Assembly (NCBI RefSeq): GCF_009834535.1
Contig: NC_045696.1
Coordinates: 93,684,001 to 93,748,000 of the forward strand
Direction: 5' to 3'
From: Camelus ferus
Taxonomy: Eukaryota
Length of the DNA stretch: 64,000 nt
Under the pieces are notes generated by a model that had not been told where the DNA came from, searched no databases, and saw only the letters and a program-made list of their open reading frames with translations. Positions 53,420 to 64,000 of this stretch are shown piece by piece. The number at the start of each line of letters is the position of its first letter. Position 1 is the stretch's first letter. A program made the position numbers and the translations under genes.

Positions 53420-53630
53420 AAGTGCACTAGTAATGTGGCCACTAGCCAAATGTAGCTAAACTTAGACTTAAATTAATTAAAATCAGATAAAATTTAAAAA
53501 TCATTTTCTCTTGTCAACAGCCACATCTCAAATGCTCAATACTGCATGTGTCTAGTGGCTACTTCATTGGAGAGTGAAGTCACTGAACATTTCTACCATT
53601 GCAAACAGTTCTATTGGATGGAACTGCTCT
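53420..53630. mobile_element. MER3-like hAT MITE
   Basis: GGCCACTAGCCAAATGTAGCTA...TGCTCAATA...CTAGTGGCTAC...GTTCTATTGGA. Confidence 0.6.
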
Positions 53631-56380
53631 ATAGCATCTATATTTTAAAGCTTATCTAAATAGCTAGAGTTTATTTTTTCCCTCATCCATTAGTGCCAAA
53701 ATCAGGTTATTATAAAGAAGAAATCAGAGAGACTCAGAACTCAAATTTCATCCTACCCATTCCCAATCCAAGATTAGTGCCAACCCAAACTTAGGGAGCT
53801 GCAGCCTGCACTAAAACATCTACAAAATATTTGATTTTTATATATAATAATCCCAGCAGACCCAATGTTCACCTCTGATCTGGAAGACTCATAGGAAATA
53901 GGGTCTTTTCCAAAGATGATTTGGACCCATTTCCCAAGTGACTTCAGTAAGTTTGGATGGACTCTGTCCCCAGCATAGGCAATTGTTCTATAATTTTTGC
54001 CCTTTTAAATGCATTTACCCTGTCTCTAATCGTGTGTTTTTGTAATTATGTGTCATCTCTGCTAGATTATGACTGAACTGTTTATTATCTCCCAGAATCT
54101 TGTATAGTGGCCAGTATGAGCTTAATACTCCATAATAATTAATTAACTGAATGAATCTGAGGCTCAGACACTCCCAGATTTTTTTATTCGTGGTTACCTT
54201 TTCTTGAAACTCTGAGGAAACTCATTTGTTTTTCCTCCTCTCCTGTGTTAACTCTCACTCCCACTCACTAGGAAGTGCCCTCATACAAAGTGGTTCCTTT
54301 ACCTTATTGGAATATATATTTATATTTGTGAAGTGTTTAGCTCAACAGTGGCCCTGGTTTTCCTTACAGTGGCCAATTCATCCGGAAGAATTCTGCTCTT
54401 CCCCCTCTGGGCCATGAATGACATTGTTCTGTGCTAGTAGAGTCAACCTGCAGGTCACATGGCTTGGAGTCAAGTTCAGGGCAATAAAGTTGAGTGGAAT
54501 AGAGTCAGGGGATAGTAAGTAATGAATTATGGCCCGCTGCCCCTGTTCCTGCCTGTCAGCTCCACAGGTCTTGCTATGGTTAATTTTCTGAACGCTGCTT
54601 CCAAGTCACTGGAAAGCCATTCCTCAATCAGTCCTCAGGTAAGACATTTAGTTGGATGCGCTAGTCTTTAGAAACTCAGAAAACTCAGCAATAAGAGCTT
54701 TGAGTCAGTGGGAAAATGGAGGGAAAGAGAGAGATGGGGACAAAGACAGAGAGAGGCTGTTTGAAATTCTCCTGATACACACTCAGGAAAAACAAAAGGA
54801 AACTTGGATTCTAAGTTGGTACTTTCCCCACATATTACAGTTCATAAGAGTCCATAGATTTTGAAATGTTGCTATTTTCCCCAACTCATTTTATAGATAA
54901 GAAAAACTAAATGAAAATATACCTTAAAATGTAAAATAACATAGGATTATTGGGATTTTCCAAATAAGTTATGAACTGACACATAATTTTCCAAAACAAC
55001 CTGAAAAACCAGTGGTATTTTTAAAAGTACATGTCATTAGAAAATGTATGTGGTTCACACATCAGCATACTTTCCTCCAACTCAAAATAGGAAAACAATA
55101 TTATTTCTTTATTTTAAATGCCTCTGCCCCTTGAGGCAAGTTATTTAAAAAAAAAAAACCATTGGTCCCCCACAGAAACAATGCTCAGGCTTATTTTTCT
55201 CACTGTTTGTCTTATCTTTTGCTTCATTTTTCTAGAATCATACCACAGGGGTTCACAGGATGTGTACTGTTTAATAATAGAAAGCACAGGTACAATGCAA
55301 ATCTTTCCAAGTTGTTTTTTTCTTCTCAGAGTAAAATTTTCAGCACTCTAGAGAGCGCCAGGAGCTTGCTTGATGTGATGATAATAATGTGCTCTCTAAT
55401 AAGAAATCCTGGTTCTCTATATGTGATCTTATTTATTTTCCACTGTTCCCATGAGGTAGGAGAAGGTATAGCTTTTTGAAGTTTAATAAGACGTCCAGAG
55501 ATAGTAGATGATTGAACCAAGGAAATAATTGAGGCTCAATGACTCCTACTATTCCAGAATTAAAGAAGGCATGAGATCTGACCTATGCCTAGGCCCACTA
55601 AGGTTTGGGTTTATGTCAGATCACTGCATCTCAGTCTTAGGTAGTATGGAGAGAATATGTGGGTACTTTTGACTGGGTATGTATTATTCACTCAAAAAGC
55701 ATTCATTGAGCCCAGAGCTTAGGTACTAATATTCAAAGGCAATAAGATAGAGCCCCTGCTCTCAAGTAACCCAGGAATCACCAAGGCTGAAGGGCACAGA
55801 TAATTACAGTATCTCAAGATAATTAATTACTGCGGTTTGTGCAAAAATGCTACAGGCACACTTAAGTCTGCTGAAGACAGAACTAAAATAATCACAGCTT
55901 TCACTGTGAGCTTTGAAAGGAATACTAGTTCCCTGCGGAATGAGTGGGAGGTAGAGAGTGCATTTCAATGCACAGAGGCATGAGAAGTCCAGGAACTTTC
56001 CGCATTTTGTATCAGTACAAAATTTCTATTCAAAAATTGCAATAATAGGTATTGTTTATATATATTCAGTTATACATTTTGAAATTTAACATGTAGTGAG
56101 CATAATCCTGAGATTTTCTTGGATATTTCTTTTAAAGGGAAAAAGAAAAGAAAAATACACTTCAACCCTTCTTCCAAAAGAGAAAAGCTGAATTTATCCT
56201 AGATGAATAGAAGGGAAACACATAGATTACTAGAATATTTTTAAAATACTATCTCTCTTATTCAGACATTCCTAACTTTATTAATTAGAAATGCCTTTGC
56301 AAGAAAAATATAAATTAATATTTTTTAAATGACCAAGTCTTAATGTCAGCTCCACAAGGATTAAATCTTCAGTAGCTATG

Positions 56381-56441
56381 TTTCTTTCTTTCTTCTTTCT
56401 TCTTTCTTCCTTTCTTCCTTCCTTCCTTCCTTCCTTCCTTC

Positions 56442-56480
<39 letters not shown>

Positions 56481-56596
56481 TTCTTTCTTTCTTTCTTTCT
56501 TTCTTTTCTTTCTTTCTTCCTTTCTTCCTTTCTTTCTTTCTTCCTTTCTTCCTTTCTTTCTTTCTTCCTTCCTTCCTTTCTTTCCTTCCTTTCTTC

Positions 56597-56638
<42 letters not shown>

Positions 56639-56642
56639 CTCT

Positions 56643-56698
<56 letters not shown>

Positions 56699-56804
56699 TT
56701 CTCTCTTTCTCTCTTTCTTTCTTTCTTTTTTTCTTTTCTTTTCTTTTCTTTTCTTTTTTTTTCTTTTCTTTCTTTTTTCTTTTCTTTTCTTTTCTTTTCT
56801 CCCT
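56381..56804. repeat. 424-bp pure polypyrimidine compound microsatellite (TTCC/TTTC/CT/TTTTC)
   Basis: No purine on the + strand across the tract. Confidence 0.97.
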
Positions 56805-59800
56805 AATCCTGTGTTTTCTTCAGCAACAGCTTTCACAGAGCTATCTTGCCCATACAGAATGCACAGTCTCTCTCAGGCAAGCCCCTAGGTGGAATCAAAG
56901 AGTGAGAGGTGGTCCCTTCTGAGGATATAATGAATGTCGCCTTAAGGAACTGGTTTACACTATAAAGGGCTTCCTATTTAGTCAGTGAGATGGATTCAGA
57001 CTTGACTGTGGAAATCTATTTTGTTTTGAAACATCTGTACAAACAGCCCTTTCCTATGATTGCAGAGTCTCACTGTGAGACAGTATCATCCTCCTCCCGG
57101 AAGAGTATTCCCTTGATGCCAGGTCTGACTCTTTTAGGGAGAATTTGTCAGGCGGATCCTATACTGTTGCAAACAAAGGTAAACGCATGCTCTTGGGTCT
57201 TCAGAAATGATGTCTAGCTCTTTGCAGTCACGTAAATTGTAATTGCAGCTTCAAAGCTGGCACTTTCTAGTTCTGATTTATGACCATTTTCAACCTCTAT
57301 TTGACCATCAATTCCCTCAGCTGTGAAGAGAAATAAAAATATTCACCTAACAGGGTATTGAGGTGAAACAAGCTAAAAGTATGAAGCATCTTTCAAATAC
57401 TAGGTGTTGACTGTTCATTAAATATGCATTTACTCACGTATCCACCCAAATAATATTTGTTATGAACCATTAGTCATTCCCCTTATCTGCACCAAAGAGT
57501 CAGAGAGTTACAGAAATTTGTGAAAGTTATTGCATTGGAGATCTTTGGATTTATGCCTGTCCCTCAACCAGTTTCTAAGTCCATGTGTAGACTTGATGAC
57601 AAACAAACTAACTAAAAAGGAGCTCCCTTAAAAATCATATCGCATAAGCAAGCTGGTTAAGATTCTACTCAGAATGTCAGACTCCAGGGTTCTCTTTTAT
57701 GTCTCTTCTTGCCCTGCTCATTTCCCATGGTAGCCTTGAGAGGACTAGGCAGTCTTCCACAAGAGGACAATGATTGGTTTATTGGAATTTTACAAAGAGT
57801 TTGTACCCAGGGGTGTCATGCCTGTGGTAAGAATTCCTCTTCTGAGTTTTAAGCTTCTTAGTACTCACCACCAGTTCAGAACAAAAATATGAGTGCCTAC
57901 TCTGGATTTTCCATCTCCAAAGTGTCCCCAGCAATTGGGGATGATAACCAAGTCAAATAATTTCCAAACTCATTGTCCTTGCCTACTCTATAGCTGGCAT
58001 ACATCAAGTTTCCTTTCAGCAAATAACTCTTCTACCTAACAACATCCAAACACCAAGACCCCAGACACAGCCTGACTCGTATACAAATCGTAAGTTCAGA
58101 TATGCACTATACACACGTATCATTTAAGACATAGTATTTTTTAAAACATAGATATGCACACAACCATAGTCACAAAACAAATGATATGCATTCATGGCTA
58201 TAGCTTACTTACATATCCATTTGGGGGAAGGCCATAAGAGAAGTTGGTAAGGGAGAAGGTGAAGAATCGGCAGTGACTCACACATCACCCTCTTCTGCTG
58301 AGAAGTACTAATAACTGTTCTAAAGTCATTCTACAGCCAGGAAGAGTAGTCAGCCTGATGATGGAATTCCAACCACGAACCCTAAGTTAGCTGTACCCCA
58401 ACACAGAGTAATTATACATACAGCCACACAAGTCCCAGGATCTCGGTTGGGTTTCTTGTTTGGACTCTAGCTCTGGCTCAGGGACTGATTATATGACACT
58501 GGGCAGGCTCTTTCCCTTTTTTTCTCACCTGAAAAATGAGACGTTTGAGAAATATGAAAAGATCGGACCTAGGTAACCTCAGGTCTTTTCCAGCCCTAAA
58601 ATGCTGTGGTCTATAATTCTTTCACACATTGCCCTGTCCTCGAATTTCACTTCAAAAAGCTTCTCTCCAAAGTATTAGGGTTTTCTCTATCCCAGTTATG
58701 TAAGCCCAAATTTCAGGCTTCCATGGCAACTATGTAGTCATCTCAGTTGGTGTTTCTTATTGAAGATGTTTATATCTACTACTGAGCTGTGCACCTTGAG
58801 GCAGTTACTGATGAGGCAAACAGACTTTGGTTTTAATAAATCTTTTTCTGTTTTAGGTGTTCCTAATTACTTCATAATAACTAGAGAGCGGAAATGTTTC
58901 CATGTGAGAAAATGGCTAGACCTTTGCTTTACAAGTAGTAGCTATTTATAACTTTGCTTCTTTTAAATTTAGTTTATTGGCAATAAAATCTCACCTAAGG
59001 CTTCAGGAAAATGCCTGGATCTTTTAAACCTTCACAGATTACTAAACCCCCTCTGAACTTTCAAGTACAGAGGACTTGGTTTCAATCCAGTATTTGTGTA
59101 ACTTTCTTTCTTCCTCAAAGGTCAGGGTACAACTATAGCACCTCTGTTTCTCAAGCATTTGCCTGTGGGACTCTAATTAATGGGGAATTTGCCATACAAA
59201 GCATAAATTAGAACTTTGTCATGAGAAAAGGCCAGAAATAATTTGACAAGCATTTTCAAGTCCACAGGTAACTACATCACGTTAAGGGATATTTTTAATC
59301 TACTTCGGTGTGCCCGGTGCAGTGCTCCATATTCACTGCCAGGGATTGCAACAAAATAAGAATCGAAAATACTGCTTCCTTTCAAGGAAAGAAATCTATA
59401 TAGAAGGGGTGCCTGCAGCCTCAGCCAAACTCTGCTTGAGTTGTCTTCTATCTTGGGACCACCCATGACTTAAAGGGAGCAGAGATGGGTGTGTGGCCTG
59501 AGATCTCACCTGCCCAGTAAAACTTCTCAGCCCCATGTCTGTTTTCACACTTTCCCCACACCCCAGTTCTTCCACAGCTGGGTCAACTCACTTCGTCTTC
59601 TCCAGATCCGGCCTATTTATTTTCAGAGCAATTTGACGTTTAGCGGCTATAAATAAGTAGCCTCAGGCCCAACGCCTCCATTCATCCAGGCCTCCGATAG
59701 CAGCCTTTTTCTAGATATGGGGCATGGGAACTGTGTCCTGGGCTACCCTCGCTACAATCTAAACTAGAGCCATTTTCCACTCTTCCAGATCTTGACATCC

Positions 59801-60009
59801 CCATCTCAGCCCTAATCCTACCCCTAGTTTCAGCAATTCACCAAAAATCAATTCCCTGAAGTAGCAATTTTCTGAATAACTAATTCATGAATTTAATAAA
59901 TTTGTCAACTTATCAACATTCTTTTTTAATATATTACATGAATTTGGATATATTCTTATTGACCATATATTCAAAAATAGATTTTACTTGAATATAACCA
60001 AGAATATAT

Positions 60010-61120
60010 ATTTTTTCTTTTTTTATTGAAGTATAGTCAGTTACAATCTGTGAATTTCTGGTGTACAGCACAATGTCCCAGTCATAGGTATACATACATA
60101 TATTCATTTTCATATTCTTTTTCATTAAAGGTTATTACAAGATATTGAACATAGTTCCCTGTGCTATACAGAACAAATTTGTTTTTTTGATCTATTTTTG
60201 TATATAGTGGCTAACATTTGCAAATCTCAAGCATCCAAATTTATCCCTTCCTACCCCCTTTCCCTGGTAACCATAAAATTGTTTACTATGTCTGTGAGTC
60301 TGCTTCTGTTTTGTAGATGAGTTCATAGTGTCCTTTTTTTTTCTTTTTTCTTTTTTTTTAGATTCCACATATGAGTGATACCATGTGGTATTTTTATTTC
60401 TCTTTCTGGTTTACTTCACTTAGAATGATGATCTCTAGGTCCATCCATGTTGCAGCAAACGGCATTATTTTATTATTTTTATGTCTGAATAGTATTCCAT
60501 TATATAAACATATCACATTTTCTTTATCCAGTCATCCGAAAATGGCATTATTTATTCTTTTTTATGGCTGAGTAGTATTCCATTGTATAAATATACCACA
60601 ACTTCTTTATCCAGTCATCTGTCGATGGACATTTAGGTTGCTTCCATGTCTTGGCTATTGTATATAGTGCTGCTATGAAAATTGGGGTGCATGTATCTTT
60701 TCAAATTAGAGTTCCCTCTGGATATTAACCTAGGACTGGGATTGCTGGATCATATGGTAAGTCTATTTTTATTTTTTTGATGACTCTGCTACTGTTTTCC
60801 ATAATGGCTGCAGCAAACTACATTCCCACCAGCAGTGTAGGAGGGCTCCCTTTTTTCCACACCCTCTCCAGTATTTATCATTCATGGACTTTTGAGTGAT
60901 GGCCATTCTGACTGGTGTGAGGTGATACCTCATTGTAGTTTTGATTTGCATTTCTCTGATAATTAGTGATATTGAGCTTTTTTTCATGTGCCTATTGGTC
61001 ATTTGTATGTCTTCATTGGAGAATTGCTTGTTCAGGTCTTCTGCCCATTTTTGGATTGGGTTGTTTGTTTTTTTTGTTTTTAAGTTGTATGAGCTGTTTG
61101 TATATTCTGGAAATTAAGCC
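60010..61120 (-). mobile_element. 5'-truncated L1 (~1.1 kb) with an internal ~81-bp tandem duplication
   Basis: Antisense 3'UTR and ORF2 C-terminus ([19 protein letters not shown]); similar to the 24046 copy; no clear TSD. Confidence 0.9.
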
Positions 61121-62741
61121 TATTCTTGAATATATTATATATAAGTATTCTTCTTATAAACTTGTTCTTCATGAAAATACTCATAAGAAAGCTTAATGAC
61201 CCTTATGATCCTCAGCATTTAATACATTGATTATTTAAAATATAGCTAGATTAAAATATATTAATTTAATATATTCAAGAAGACTGTTTCTCAGTATGAG
61301 CTTTTAATAATTGGAAAATTTGATCAAATGGCCATTTGACAAATTGATCTTCTAATAAATTGGCTTTCTATAAAATGATTTTTGTTAATGGGATCTAGAG
61401 TCACCAGAGTTCTGTGTCCATGCTTCCATGGACAGACTCCTATACCAATAGTCAGTCTTCCAGATCTCTGAGTATTTCCTACACTACCCACCCCTGACTG
61501 AACTCTGCTGCATCTGGCCCCAGGATGAATAAATGCCACTTCCTGAAATAGCCGGGATTTACCCATGTGACTGAAGTGCCATTGCTGGCTATCTTGTCTT
61601 ACCCAAATGGACTCAACTCCTCCTCTCCTCACTCCCTCCTGCTTAGCCTCACTGACAAATCTCAAGATACAACAGAGCCAAATGCCTGTCCTGTTTTTCT
61701 TTCGAAAACACACAGCTTTTAAATGTTTACTAGTCTCTTATAGTAATGCCAAAGTTATCAGAAACCTGGAAACCCACAGGGGCATATTAACTCCCTCTGT
61801 TGAAAAACACTTTCTGGCTTTTAGCAGAATAACCTCTGTTGGAAGGTGTCTTATTGTTTGGATGATAGAGGTAGTTGGGCGCAAAATAGGCAATTTTGGC
61901 ATCAATTTGATTCATTTAGGCTGAAAATAATATTACCCCTTACTCTTTCCTAAAGACAAATGCATCTTCCTAAGAAACTTATTCTAGGAACTAATCATAT
62001 CTTTTAAAAAATAGTGCCTATCAGCAAGTTCAATTTTGAGAGCTATGACTTAACAAGATATAACTTCCATGCTCTTGTATACAAGGCCTTCAAATCATTA
62101 CCATTATTTCTCCAATTAGATCTTAGTAAGTCGTTAAGTTAGTTCTATATCAAACATTTTAAAGTCTATTTTATCTTGAAGTTCCTCACTCCCACCACCA
62201 CCAAATACAATGACTTTATATTAAATATCGTGGAGCAAGTAGACATTTCTGTTATTTTAGGGAACATTTCAAAACAATTATTAGTTATAAGAAAAACTGA
62301 ACTCTATAAACATTTGGAGGCCAACAGAACTGAATTAATTTTTAAAATATAGCAATTCAAAGAGTAAAACCTTATTTTGCTGGCACTCTTGAAAAATGCT
62401 AGCTGAAAAATCTTGACTTCTCAAGTCAAAATGATGTAGTGATTGTTGATCTGCAGCATTTGTAATGTATAGTTATCTGAAAAACAAGTATACAATGAGC
62501 AACAAGAACACCAAGTCTTCAGATTATTTCCTGTCAGATCGCGGCAATGTGAATGGAAGAGATAAGCTCACATGAATATCAACAGGCGTTAAGGTCTAGT
62601 GAATACACCTTGAAGATCTGCAGTGACCTTCTCCCATGTGCATCCATGTTCTTTTCAATATATTTTAACCTGGAAAAAAGTCTCACTTGCATTAGTCATG
62701 ATGTCAGTCTTAGCTGCCTTTCTGAGGTTTTATTTAGAATG

Positions 62742-62893
62742 GCAGTTCTTAAACCTAACTGCATATTAAAATTACCTGATGATGCCTAGTCAGCGTCTAG
62801 GCTAATTAAATCAAAATTTCTGAGTATTTGTACTTTGAAAAAATGTGCCTGAAAAAATTCTGGTGATTGTATAGACTTCTGGGAACCACTGGT
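62742..62893. mobile_element. MER5-like hAT relic
   Basis: CAGTTCTTAAACCT...ATTACCTG...GGTGATT...GGGAACCACTG. Confidence 0.5.
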
Positions 62894-64000
62894 TTAGAGC
62901 ATAATATCTGCCAGACTCAAAAAGTAAAATACCTGTAGGAATTCTCTTTCTACTTTTTCTACCCCTGGGATTTGGTCACTGGCTTTAATGTTCCTCCTTT
63001 TAAAATCCTTTGTCTGACATTGCCTTATCTCAGTAGATGGTGGGCTTGGGTTTGCTTGGGATTTACTTGGATACACGCCCTAACAGCAAGTAGTTAAGCT
63101 AATAGGCTTAAAAAAAAAAAAAACCCAAAAAACTCTGTATGAATAATCTAACCCTTAGGTGCTTTTATAGAATTGGATATTGGCAGTTTTGATTTAATTT
63201 GCTTAGGCACAACAATTTTGACCTTGAAATAATTATGGTTAATTATTAGTTTAAGTATTAAATTTGAGACACTTTTATTTCTAAAAGAAGGATGGGAAAG
63301 AGAGAAATTAATCTGGGGAGGGCTTAAAGTGCTATTTGCAGAATAAAAGAGCCTATGTGAACAAGAACCTGAGGAAGGAATGACCTTTATTTTTCTCAGC
63401 TATGCTAGGACCCACATGATTCTCATCAGTATAAATGTTTATCGTTAATGAACAATTGTCTCTACATTTTAGTTAAATTACAGTACAAAGAGAATCACAA
63501 AATGCTTTGTGACATTTCAGCCAATGAATTAGTCATAGTTCTCTGGACACACCTAATAATACTGATGCCAGGCATCTAGATAATAAGATCATTACCTTTA
63601 TGAGTTATCTTTTGAGTTATTCATGCTTTAATATTTCCATTCTATGAGAGCAGTACTTTGCTCATGTGTGATCCTATAACAGTAAACTGAGCATAGCATG
63701 CTGTATATAGATGGAACTCAGGTGAGAGGTGGAGGAGAGCACCATAGTTTAAGTCAAAGAATGTGTCATAGTAATCTTTTAATTATTTTTTCATGTAAAA
63801 GGGAGCTTAAATGGGGCCTTAGATGAAAAAATATTGTTTATTTTTATAAAACACATAAATGAGCAATTTAATATGATCACATAAATGTAGAAGTAAATAG
63901 TGTAGAAGCAGTTCCCTTGCAAAAAGGACAGTTTTCCTGCTTATTTAATTTTATTTTGCTTTGTTCCCTATTTGTGTTAAATGACTGTGGCAACAGTAGA

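Noticed and set aside
56369..56836. K/E/R-rich and F/L/S-rich ORFs (also 50636-50923)
   Set aside because: Translations of microsatellites
34776..64000. GPR149 final coding exon
   Set aside because: No ORF resembling the expected continuation (recalled as RSGYALAIPLCAFQG...); it presumably lies beyond the window
1..64000. CRISPR array, operon or other novel multi-gene system
   Set aside because: Mammalian DNA with no repeat-spacer array; the dispersed direct repeats are TSDs or TE copies, and only one host gene is supported

Overview
Mammalian, AT-rich, repeat-laden genomic DNA. It is most likely camelid (Camelus/Vicugna/Lama): the tRNA-derived SINEs resemble Vic-1, and I see no Alu, B1/B2, Bov-A/BovB, PRE1 or CAN elements. 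One gene is supported: the orphan class A GPCR GPR149 on the + strand. Coding exons 1-3 are 27105-28121, 29017-29209 and 34318-34775, with GT-AG introns in phases 0/1/0 and 556 open codons. The last coding exon is not in the window, so 34776-64000 is intron 3. The rest is intergenic or intronic DNA containing L1s (several young, with TSDs), SINEs, MaLR and ERV solo LTRs, MIR, L2, DNA-transposon relics and microsatellites. Nearly all other ORFs in the track are repeat-derived or chance. I found no convincing new multi-gene system. The best leads are a young twin-primed L1 with an inverted 40-bp duplication, a second older inverted L1, an L1 with an asymmetric internal duplication, a uORF cluster including one in frame with GPR149, a degenerate RE1/REST site, two CpG-retaining candidate enhancers, lineage differences in GPR149, and a 424-bp pure pyrimidine tract. 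Repeat family names and human comparisons are from memory, not database searches.
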